Part shown: piece by piece, positions 8,201-15,777 of the stretch
How positions within the stretch are numbered: position 1 is the first letter of the stretch
Layout of the letters: every line of letters starts with the position of its first letter
NCBI GenBank assembly: GCA_043825735.1
Contig: JBDRRP010000112.1
Location: forward strand, 61,236-81,235
Direction of reading: 5' to 3'
DNA: 20,000 nt
DNA from: Pseudomonadota bacterium
GTDB taxonomy: Bacteria; Desulfobacterota; Desulfobacteria; Desulfobacterales; JBDRRP01
Made by a program: the position numbers and the translations under genes
The notes under the pieces: model-generated
Told to the model about the DNA's origin: nothing
What the model saw: the letters and a program-made list of their open reading frames with translations, nothing else
The model's database searches: none

Positions 8201-10362
8201 TCCCATATATCCCTTGTCAGTGTCGAGGAAACGAAGGTTCCTGTTTGCGGGTCCATATGCCCCACAAAACCGAAAGGACTGCCAGTGAGTTGCCTGGCCT
8301 TTTCCAATACCGCGTGCGATATTTCTTCAAAAGATCCGGTACCAAGCAACTTCAGGGAAACTTCGGCCACGAGCTTTTCCACCATGGCTTGCCGGGCCAG
8401 TGCTGCTTCAATCTGTTTGCGCTCCGTGATGTCATGCACCGATCCAAGGGATCGAACAATGCGGCCTTCGGTATCCTTGATGTGCCTGCACCGTTCATGG
8501 ACGTAACGGATCTCGCCCGTGGACTGTCGCACCACCCGGTGCTCGATCTCGTAACCGTCCTTTTTTTCCCGCACTGAGGCGGTGTAGACGGCATCCACGG
8601 CGGCCCGGTCTTCAACGTGGACCACCTCCAGAAACGACTCGTAAGTGGATTGAAACTGCTGCGGTTCAAACCCCAAGATGCGATAGGTCTCGTCGGACCA
8701 GGTCAGCCGGCCGGTCGCCAGGTCCAGTTCCCAACTGCCCAAATGGGCGATTTGCTCGGCTGCAGCCAGAAGCTGCCCGCGCTTAATAATCTCCCGGTCG
8801 TTTTCGATCCTGTTCAGGCCAAAGGCCAGATCACCCACCAGCTCGTTGAACAGCCCCTGCCCCTCGGCATCGTGCGCGTAGGGACCGTGGACGCAGACAG
8901 TCACAACGCCATAGATCCGGCCCTTGCATTCCATGCGGCGAATCAGCCTGGGTTGACCGGCGTATGAATCCGCCAGGGGGCAATCCGGGCATTGGGTGTC
9001 CGGATCCTCGATCACCACAACCTTGTCCTGTGCCAGTGCCTGTTGCATGCAGCGGGGAAATTCACCGCGGTCAAGCCGCTCTTCCAGGGTTTCAAACCCC
9101 CTGTCAACGCCTGCAGAGGCCGTCATGACTGTTCGATCAGCAGTTTCATCCGTCAGGGCGATCCAGGCCAGGTCATAGCCCATGGTTTCGGTCAGGGTCT
9201 CGCAGGCTCGTTTTGTCAACCGCGCAGGGTCGGTCTCCATGGTGATGAGCTGGTTGACGTTGCGGATGGCCAGCAGCACCTGCTTCAAATGCGCTTCTCT
9301 TGCATTCTGAGCCTGAATGCGTTTGTCGGTCCGAAAAAGCATCAAAAAAATCGAACCGAGCAATATGGTGAGAGCCGCCCCTCCGGTTGAAAAGACCCAG
9401 ACCATCAGGTCGTTGAATTCGGCTTTTTCAGCGGTGATATCCAACATGAGCAGCAGGATGCCCGCTTCTTTCCCGGAAGCGTCCACAAGCGGGGTTGCTT
9501 GAACCTTCCAATCGCTTTCGCCCATCCTCAATGTCTGATCTGCACTACTGAACAACGGGTCGTGTACGGCCCGGCCGGCAAGGGTTGCTATGTCTTCGGC
9601 AGAAAAGCCCGACCAATTATGGATCGGCAGGGCGTCAGGGAGGCGATCCCAGTCCGCCTTCAGGCCGAGGCGCTCCATGTTCGCTTCCCACCACTGGCGG
9701 TCGATGCCCTCCTTTTTGGCTAATATTGCCGATTTTCCCCCGAACCGTGAAGAGGTGTGTCGCCAAATGTCATCGATCTCCTTGCCGATCATCACAAAGC
9801 CCGCTGGTTGCCCATCTTGAAAGACCGGCTGGACCACCCGCAGCGTGAACGTGGGTAACGGCTTAAAATTACCGGTCTGGCCCAGCTCGATTCCCCAGGC
9901 CAATTTGCCGGTGCGCTCGGCCTGCAGGGTCGTATGCCATCCGTCCCGGTCGCCGTGGACTGCCGGACTGTGCAACCGCAAAAAACAAATACGGTCGGTG
10001 CCTAAAAATTTGAAATGGGTTACTTGATTTTCCTGGAACAGGTGGTCAAAAACCGGCTTGAACCGTGCAGACAAACGATCGGCATCCCGTTGGGCCAGGG
10101 CTGTCTGGACAGCCGGATCAAAAGCAAGCACCTTTGTGACGGCAGACAGGCCGCGGGCTTGGTTGGCGATATCTACCTGGAATTCGCGCTGCACAGTGGC
10201 TTGTTGCAGGGTGAAATTCTCGTTTATCCTTCGATCCTCCAGGAGCAGGAACAGGGCACCTGCACCGATTGTGAACAACACCATTAGAGCGAAAAGCGGC
10301 GGGGCCAGTCGCCGCAGCACCCGCCCGGAGGGTACGATCGGTTTGTCTGTTGTCTGGGTCAT
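5212..10362 (-). CDS. Large membrane-bound hybrid sensor histidine kinase: TM - Cache-like periplasmic domain - TM - GAF - PAS - GAF - 3xPAS - HisKA - HATPase - REC - helical tail
   Basis: Two hydrophobic segments flank a periplasmic domain. H-box SNMSHELRTPLN, N-box NLLSNAVKFT, G1 DSGIG, F-box IFKPFEQ, G2 GSGLGL; REC VVDD, LMDMRMP, ALTA, RKP. AAGGA about 10 nt upstream of ATG. Confidence 0.95.
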   Translation of the reverse strand: MTQTTDKPIVPSGRVLRRLAPPLFALMVLFTIGAGALFLLLEDRRINENFTLQQATVQREFQVDIANQARGLSAVTKVLAFDPAVQTALAQRDADRLSARFKPVFDHLFQENQVTHFKFLGTDRICFLRLHSPAVHGDRDGWHTTLQAERTGKLAWGIELGQTGNFKPLPTFTLRVVQPVFQDGQPAGFVMIGKEIDDIWRHTSSRFGGKSAILAKKEGIDRQWWEANMERLGLKADWDRLPDALPIHNWSGFSAEDIATLAGRAVHDPLFSSADQTLRMGESDWKVQATPLVDASGKEAGILLLMLDITAEKAEFNDLMVWVFSTGGAALTILLGSIFLMLFRTDKRIQAQNAREAHLKQVLLAIRNVNQLITMETDPARLTKRACETLTETMGYDLAWIALTDETADRTVMTASAGVDRGFETLEERLDRGEFPRCMQQALAQDKVVVIEDPDTQCPDCPLADSYAGQPRLIRRMECKGRIYGVVTVCVHGPYAHDAEGQGLFNELVGDLAFGLNRIENDREIIKRGQLLAAAEQIAHLGSWELDLATGRLTWSDETYRILGFEPQQFQSTYESFLEVVHVEDRAAVDAVYTASVREKKDGYEIEHRVVRQSTGEIRYVHERCRHIKDTEGRIVRSLGSVHDITERKQIEAALARQAMVEKLVAEVSLKLLGTGSFEEISHAVLEKARQLTGSPFGFVGHMDPQTGTFVSSTLTRDIWEGCRVADKTVVFERFTGLWGWVLNNRRPLVSNHPESDHRSSGVPEGHIPIGRFMGVPALHGEELVGMIALANSEDDYSDEDLAFIERLSIMYSLSIQKARAEEELNRINDELTDSKSNLEAILSAVPVGILVFNQDAQIVSDNPAARAICGIEEFNPGSLRCRDYIGCCRRHNQPEGCGSTADCPDCEINDAIANVLTGEVDSTEDREKEILRDTKVPKSLWIQFSTSPVVLQGQMCAVLVFRDISRQKQMGEELERTENLLISSQRFGKIGGWEWDIGKQSMLWTDETYRIHGFTPDELEPGSPEHIARSLACYAPDARELVQKAFERCVSTGEPYELEVSFTNTAGRPMWVRTTGQAVWEGDRKVKASGIIMDITERRAVEIAMQASEARLRYILSASPVVIFAIRPEDFAATWVSPNVSALIGYTAEEALKPGWWVEYLHPEDREQALANTARVLETGHIGHEYRFFRKDGTVCWVYDRMDLLTTGDGTEEIIGAWSDITERKRAENELKKVNSELQAVTEKALAFANKAEAANRAKSLFLSNMSHELRTPLNAVIGFSQLLARDPLLTERQRSDVQVVLRSGQDLLNIINEILEISRIEAGRLEIKPVDFSIHELLTDLEQMFRSRSEAKGLRLVVERGGDLPEFLYGDSAKIKQVLLNLLSNAVKFTENGGISLRVRGDVCEEESLEQRDMVRLTIEVEDSGIGISEENLEKIFKPFEQVESTVQEGGSGLGLAISREYAVLLGGEIRVASEPGRGSCFRFTALMPRGKATPGNGLTVPRNVVGLEPDTGPVRVLVVDDNADNQVLLKALLAPIGVEIRQAHNGREALMLFEEFSPHAVLMDMRMPDMDGYEATRRIKNTDKGLATPVIALTASAFEEGKRRIFDAGVDAYLRKPFQHWEVYEILGRCLGLRYVYNEENDLKPLAPTVEAVFELPEELRAKLRQAVEEGDMDLFTELLEQATESHPELVKKLRKLADVFDYRKLFTLLMAP
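5245..5388. repeat. 144-bp direct repeat, copy 2
   Basis: Same reading frame and same C-terminal position as copy 1; offset 3094 bp. Confidence 0.95.
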
Positions 10363-10410
10363 CTGGTCAAGTTCCTTTGAACTGTTTTTAATTCCTAACC
10401 CTCTGCAAGA

Positions 10411-10431
10411 GCAATCCAGGTAACGGATTGC
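10411..10431. promoter_or_regulatory. Perfect inverted repeat GCAATCC-N7-GGATTGC, candidate operator
   Basis: Read directly from the sequence, about 50 bp upstream of the 10362 start codon. Function is inferred. Confidence 0.35.
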
Positions 10432-10681
10432 GTTTTAAGCCAGTCAGCTATAGCGGCCATGTCCGCGTGAATATATCCGGCCCCGCGATTGACTGTTTAC
10501 ATTCAACCATACTTGTATCATCCTTGGGCGCTGCAAACCTAAAGGATTCCAATGGTATTCGTAACAATGTCAGGCCCTGATCAATGACGATCAAGACCAT
10601 TTCGAACGGGTATCTGGAGATATACCAGAGTGGTTTGTGGTTCCAACCGCCAACCGTGTCCCAGCACAATGATTTACTGCA

Positions 10682-10760
10682 GAATGACTCCAACAACCCT
10701 CGGCTGGGGTGGATGCACGGAGACACCGAGCACTAGTTTGCCAGTTCCGCCAATATTCCT
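10682..10760. repeat. Conserved non-coding hairpin element, copy A
   Basis: Shares the blocks GAATG, CAACCCTCGG, CACGGAG, ACCGAGCA, GTTTGCCA and TATTCCT with 19878-19947; CTCGG/CCGAG stem. Confidence 0.7.
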
Positions 10761-11077
10761 AAATCAACTGGTTTTTATAGGAATGGTACAGACATTCTCC
10801 ACTTTTTCTGAACCTGTAACCTAAATCACGATCGGAGCTGGATCGCTCTGGGTTCCGACTCCGAGGAATGGCAATGGTATTACTTGGTACGGCCGGTAAT
10901 CGGAATACTGTATTTTCATAGGCGTTGTCTGCTATGGGTTCGATCCGGTCTTAAAGGATTGTTGCCGAGGAATGACTACCAAAAATATCCGTGTTGAACA
11001 GTCAATGATTGGATAGGTATGGGTGATCGTTTCATGGCCAGCAAAGGTTGTAGATAGGATTATTATTGATCGGATCA

Positions 11078-14000
11078 TTATCCATTATCAAGTACTTTTC
11101 GGATCATGGCTGACAAATCACCTATCACCACAGGTTTCATTAAAAAGCCTTTGATTCCAGTTGATTCCGCCTTCTCTTTAGACATCATTTCACTAAATCC
11201 AGTGCATAGAATGACTGGCATTCCGGAACGAATTTTAATTAGTTCTCCGGCAAGCTTATCCCCAGTCATGTTGGGCATTGTCATATCGGTGATGACAAGA
11301 TCAAATTTGTCGGGATTAGCCCGAAACGCCTCTAAGGCATCTGGGCTACTGGTTCTGGCCGTTACATGATACCCGAGATACTCTAACATCTGTTGTTCAA
11401 TATCAACCACATCCTTTTTATCATCAACCAACAGGATATGTTCATCACCTTTTTGAATGGGCTTCATTTCAAATTGATCTGCGTCTTGAATGGCTTTGAT
11501 CACTGGCAGGTAAACATTAAATTCTGTACCTTTTCCAGGTTCGCTGTATACAGTGACATGCCCGCTGTGGTCCTTAACAATGCCATGGACGACAGCAAGA
11601 CCCAGTCCAGTGCCTTTACCAGTTTCTTTGGTGGTAAAATAGGGTTCAAAGATGCGGCCCATTGTGCCTTGATTCATGCCTATACCCGTATCAGCCACAG
11701 TCAGACAGACGTATTTACCCGGAATCATAGCAGGGTCTTTTAAGTCATCAACTGCCAGCTCGACTTCTTTCAGGGTGACGGTCACCTTTCCACCGGTTTC
11801 CGTCATTGCATGATAGGCATTGGTACACAGGTTCATGATTATTTGATGAATCTGTGTCTCGTCCGCAAGAACCGGGCCGCAATCGCTGTCGATAGCATTT
11901 TCTATATCAACGGTGGCAGGTAAAGAAGAACGAACCAATTTCAAGGCTTCCTTTATGACAAGCTGCACCTTAAGGGGTTTCTTTTCATGTTCACTTTGAC
12001 GGCTGAAAGTCAGAATTTGGTTTACCAGATTTTTAGCGGTCTTGGCTGCGGCCAAAATACGGGATAGCCCCATTTGAACCGGGCTATTATCGTGGGCATC
12101 CAGCAACAGCATTTCTGTGTATCCAACGATAGGAGTTAGAATATTATTAAAATCATGGGCAACACCACCAGCCAAATTGCCAATTGCTTCCATTTTTTGG
12201 GCCTGTTGGAGTTGGGTTTCAAGTTTCAACTTGTCACTAATATCGCGCTTAACAGCAACATAGTTGACAATCTCTCCCTTGTCTGAAAGTACAGGCGAAA
12301 TAGTCGCCTCCTCAATATATTGAGCCCCGTCCTTTCTTTTGTTAATAAAAATTCCGCACCAGGTTTTTCCCGTGGAAATAGTATGCCATAGTTCACGGTA
12401 AAACATCGCATCGTGCTTTCCGCCTTGCAGAATGCGAGGGTTTTTGCCCAAAGCCTCTTCTTGAGAATAGCCAGAGGTTTTTTCGAAAGCCGGATTGACA
12501 TAGGTGATCAATCCATTGGTGTCAGTGATGACGATTGTCTCGGAGGACTGATCCATGGCCATAGCCCGGCGTTTTAGATCCGTCTCCATCTTTTTGCTTT
12601 TACTGAGATCTATAATCAGACCCCTTAAACCAATTGGCTGAGTATCACGCATAGAACAGTTGGAATGGATCTCAACCGGGAACGTGGTGCCATTTTTTCT
12701 TAAGGCAGTGTATTCCAAACCGCCCAAAATGTATCCGTTCAATATTTTCTGAATGTTCTTCAGTGCCCTGTTTCGGTCCTCTGGAATTATCATCTGAAGG
12801 GCATTTAAACCTTTATCAAGTTCCTCTTCGGTATACCCGAAAAGATCAAAGGCATTCTGGTTGACAAAAGTAAGAGTGCCAGTTGCATCCATTTCAAAAA
12901 CAACTTCAGGCAATGAACCTACCAATTCCCTGTATTTTGCCTCACTCTCACGCGCTGCTTCCTCAATCTTCTTGTGTTCTGTGATATCTTCTACAATCGC
13001 AATATGAAAATTCGCATCATCACCGTGCTTCCACATTGGTGATACTGTAATTTTAACCCAAACGATAGAGCCATTCTTGTGAAAATACCTCTTTTCTAAA
13101 GTGAAGTCATTAATTTTACCTTCCAATAACAACTTCATGAAATTTAAATCATCCTGAAGATCATCTGGATGGGTGATATCCTGAAAAGATAGCTGACTAA
13201 TATCCTTTTGGCTATATCCAACGATGTTACAATACCTTTGATTTACATTTAAAAAATTGCCACTCCTGCTGTCACATAGGGCCACACCCACGGCAGCCTG
13301 ATCAAACATGGACTTGAATCGATCCTCGCTTAGCCGTAGTTGATTAACAAGATCTTGTAACTCAGAGGTTTTTGATCTAATCTTCTTTCTCAGGGTGATA
13401 TTGAAAAAAATTAGAACCAAGAAGATCAATCCGGCAATCAAGAAAAAAAATAGAACATAGCGAAGATAGGCCGGCCTTACAAAAGGTTCTCCCATCCATT
13501 TTTTATCGATGGCATCGTGTTCCCTGCTATTGATTAATGCAAATCCGTCGTCCACCACCTTCAATATGTCTGTCCGACCTTTTTTGACCGCACGATGGAA
13601 TTCTCCGGTATACAGGTTAAAAGAGTAGCGGAATTCATTTTCGATATTCATTTTATAAAGATAATAAAACGCTGGAGGCTTGTCGATGGAAAAAACTTTT
13701 ATCCGACCATCTGCAGCGGCCTGAATGACCGCCTCATAGCTGTTAAATTCTCGAAGGTTAGTGATGCCTCCCTTCTTTAAAACTTCAATACATGCATCTC
13801 CAGCCTTCACTCCGATCGTAAAGCCTTCCAGCGATGCGATTTTGGCTATACCGCCAAGGTTTTTATGAAAAAAGACAGGCACCTCTATTGTAGCATAGGG
13901 ATTGGTAAAGTCATATTGCTTCGCCCGCTCTTCGGTGAAGAAAAGTGTGTCAATGACATCAGCTTTTCCATTTAGTAAGAACTCCTGAGCCTTGTTCCAA

Positions 14001-14242
14001 TCCATTGCAATCAAACTAACCTTTATGCCTGTTTTTTCTTCCCATAACTTCCACTGATCAACAAGAATACCTTGAATATCTCCATTTGAAGATCGAAATA
14101 TATACGGAGGGTAATTATCATCTGAAACAACAGTTATGGTTTGAAGCGCTTTGCCGGCATCTCCAGCTTGTCCGAAGTGCGGAACAAGACAACTTAACAA
14201 TGAATACACAAATAATAACCACGTACTCTTCCGAATATTCAT
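11078..14242 (-). CDS. Hybrid sensor histidine kinase with periplasmic solute-binding (SBP family 3/PBPb) domain, TM, 3xPAS, HisKA, HATPase, REC (CckA-like transmitter)
   Basis: Signal-peptide-like N-terminus; SBP motifs DDNYPPY, GKADVI, YDFTNPY; TM YVLFFFLIAGLIFLVLIFF; H-box AGGVAHDFNNIL, N-box NLCTNAYHAM, G1 DTGIGM, FEPYFTTK, GTGLGL; REC LVDD, ITDMTMP, CTG, MKP. Confidence 0.95.
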   Translation of the reverse strand: MNIRKSTWLLFVYSLLSCLVPHFGQAGDAGKALQTITVVSDDNYPPYIFRSSNGDIQGILVDQWKLWEEKTGIKVSLIAMDWNKAQEFLLNGKADVIDTLFFTEERAKQYDFTNPYATIEVPVFFHKNLGGIAKIASLEGFTIGVKAGDACIEVLKKGGITNLREFNSYEAVIQAAADGRIKVFSIDKPPAFYYLYKMNIENEFRYSFNLYTGEFHRAVKKGRTDILKVVDDGFALINSREHDAIDKKWMGEPFVRPAYLRYVLFFFLIAGLIFLVLIFFNITLRKKIRSKTSELQDLVNQLRLSEDRFKSMFDQAAVGVALCDSRSGNFLNVNQRYCNIVGYSQKDISQLSFQDITHPDDLQDDLNFMKLLLEGKINDFTLEKRYFHKNGSIVWVKITVSPMWKHGDDANFHIAIVEDITEHKKIEEAARESEAKYRELVGSLPEVVFEMDATGTLTFVNQNAFDLFGYTEEELDKGLNALQMIIPEDRNRALKNIQKILNGYILGGLEYTALRKNGTTFPVEIHSNCSMRDTQPIGLRGLIIDLSKSKKMETDLKRRAMAMDQSSETIVITDTNGLITYVNPAFEKTSGYSQEEALGKNPRILQGGKHDAMFYRELWHTISTGKTWCGIFINKRKDGAQYIEEATISPVLSDKGEIVNYVAVKRDISDKLKLETQLQQAQKMEAIGNLAGGVAHDFNNILTPIVGYTEMLLLDAHDNSPVQMGLSRILAAAKTAKNLVNQILTFSRQSEHEKKPLKVQLVIKEALKLVRSSLPATVDIENAIDSDCGPVLADETQIHQIIMNLCTNAYHAMTETGGKVTVTLKEVELAVDDLKDPAMIPGKYVCLTVADTGIGMNQGTMGRIFEPYFTTKETGKGTGLGLAVVHGIVKDHSGHVTVYSEPGKGTEFNVYLPVIKAIQDADQFEMKPIQKGDEHILLVDDKKDVVDIEQQMLEYLGYHVTARTSSPDALEAFRANPDKFDLVITDMTMPNMTGDKLAGELIKIRSGMPVILCTGFSEMMSKEKAESTGIKGFLMKPVVIGDLSAMIRKVLDNG

Positions 14243-14273
14243 AAATAGATTTCTTATGCCGTTTGTAAGACTT

Positions 14274-14423
14274 AGTATCCTGGCATTACGATTACTTGCA
14301 TCTTTCGAAACTATTCATTTTCAAGTACTCGGTTGTGAATAGTGCCAGTATCTTTGAGTTTTTAAGGCGGCCAGATACTTTCGAATCGGATACTTATTCT
14401 TGAGTAGATCTTTCATGAGTATC
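14274..14423. promoter_or_regulatory. Cluster of five AGTATC/GATACT hexamers upstream of the SBP hybrid kinase, candidate operator array
   Basis: AGTATC at 14274, 14347, 14418; GATACT at 14374, 14389. Confidence 0.4.
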
Positions 14424-14483
14424 CAAAACATCCCGAATCGTTTTTGCAATATCTTTCATCACAATCGGTTTCATAATAACACC

Positions 14484-14507
14484 AGAAGTGCTTTTAAAAC
14501 CGCTTCT
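14484..14507. terminator. Near-palindrome AGAAGTGCTTTTAAAACCGCTTCT, possible terminator or protein-binding site
   Basis: Lies about 26 bp downstream of the stop at 14534. There is no clear U-tract, so the call is weak. Confidence 0.25.
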
Positions 14508-14533
14508 AAGTGGGGCCAATTGTCTTCTCAGGA

Positions 14534-15763
14534 TTACGTTGCTATGCCAATCGTCGGTGGTTCTTCCTCTTTAGAAGCGGCCCGTTCGATGTCAAAAATC
14601 TTACCGGTAAGGTAGTCTTTGGTTTTATAGCGTGTGATGGACATCAATTTCTTGGTAATCTCCCCCATCCGCGCGACCTGTTCTGCGATCGAAGAGACCC
14701 GCTTGTAAATGCGGTCCTCCGGGGCCACATCCAACATCAGCAGGTCCGCATAACCCGACACCGCTTGCATGGGTTGATTCATCTCATGGCAAACCGCTCC
14801 GGCCAGTTCAATGACCCCCTGCATTTTTTCCTTTACCAGTCGGTTATATTCGGAATTTTTCTGATCCCGAATATCGATAAAGCTCTCGATCAGACACTCC
14901 TGCTCACCGATAACAACCGGAATAACTGATTTCAAAACCGGGATCTCCTCGCCGCTGGCGGTGATCAGGGTCCCCTCGACGTTTTCCCGGGATTGCCAGC
15001 CATGTGTATTCAGGCCGTGTTCCTGCATAGGGAGGCTGTTGTATTTATGGTAATCGGTCCCCAAAAGCTCGCTGCGGGAGCAGCCGATGATCGCCAGCGC
15101 CTTGGCGTTAGCGTCTATAATCTGATGTGTTTTGGCATCGAAAATGACAATCCCGGTAGGAATAGAAAACAATATCGCCTCTATCCGTTCTTTGCTTTCC
15201 CGCAACAGCTTCTCGGTTTTGATCCGCTCGTAGTGCTCGATACTTTCCAGGGCATTGCCCGTGTTTCGCATGACGATTGAGATGAGATCCCGGGAAATGT
15301 CCGGGACTGAATCCGCCTGATCCGAAAACAGGCCCACGAACATTCCCCGAATCCTTGAATTGGTTGCGATGATGTGCAGCAAAACTTGGTCCGAAAAATC
15401 CAACGAGGGAATGGTTACACCCTTTTTTTCCCGGATAGCCCAAGCCACAAGCCCCTTTTCGATCATAAAATTCATCTCGCGTTCGATTTGATCAACCTGG
15501 TTGACCGGTTCACAGAGGGACAACGAAAAGTCGGAACTTTTCGGATCGACCAGGTAAAAAGCCAGGGCACTGAACTTCATCAGATGCCGGACCCTTTTCT
15601 CAGCTTCTTGAAGAACCTGAAGCGGGGTGGCTACCCGGTTGATCTGTTCCTGGAAATCCCCGATGGACAGAGCCATTTCCAAGGCATTCTGGATGTAGCG
15701 CCGGTTTTCTTCCAGGTAATTTACCCGGGCTTCGTATCGTTTGAGTTGTTTCTCGCTGTCCAT
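14534..15763 (-). CDS. GAF-like - PAS - HisKA (DHp)-only protein, lacking any HATPase domain
   Basis: PAS: IPTGIVIFDAKTHQIIDANAKA...ESFIDIR. H-box ELAGAVCHEMNQPMQAVSG, and the protein ends about 80 aa later with no N/G boxes. The ORF track start (15781) is TTG; ATG 15763 is preferred. Confidence 0.88.
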   Translation of the reverse strand: MDSEKQLKRYEARVNYLEENRRYIQNALEMALSIGDFQEQINRVATPLQVLQEAEKRVRHLMKFSALAFYLVDPKSSDFSLSLCEPVNQVDQIEREMNFMIEKGLVAWAIREKKGVTIPSLDFSDQVLLHIIATNSRIRGMFVGLFSDQADSVPDISRDLISIVMRNTGNALESIEHYERIKTEKLLRESKERIEAILFSIPTGIVIFDAKTHQIIDANAKALAIIGCSRSELLGTDYHKYNSLPMQEHGLNTHGWQSRENVEGTLITASGEEIPVLKSVIPVVIGEQECLIESFIDIRDQKNSEYNRLVKEKMQGVIELAGAVCHEMNQPMQAVSGYADLLMLDVAPEDRIYKRVSSIAEQVARMGEITKKLMSITRYKTKDYLTGKIFDIERAASKEEEPPTIGIAT

Positions 15764-15777
15764 GTTGAATCTGCCTA

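Noticed and set aside
10682..10745. GEMM (c-di-GMP-I) riboswitch suggested by GGCAAAC on the minus strand, or integron attC suggested by CCAAC...GTT
   Set aside because: There is no GNRA tetraloop or GACGCAAAGC segment. The R''/R' boxes do not fit RYYYAAC/GTTRRRY, there is no cassette-like gene arrangement, and no integrase is present.
10448..10824. Small ORFs 10448..10726 (-) and 10630..10824 (+)
   Set aside because: Non-ATG starts, no recognisable domain, and the homologous copy B does not keep these frames intact (stops or an indel).
10540..11075. CsrB/RsmZ-like GGA-repeat sRNA
   Set aside because: GGA counts are similar on both strands and there is no regular hairpin-loop arrangement.
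14281..14346. Sigma54 promoters suggested by TGGCA motifs at 14281 (+) and 14346 (-)
   Set aside because: Neither has GC exactly 10 nt after the GG.
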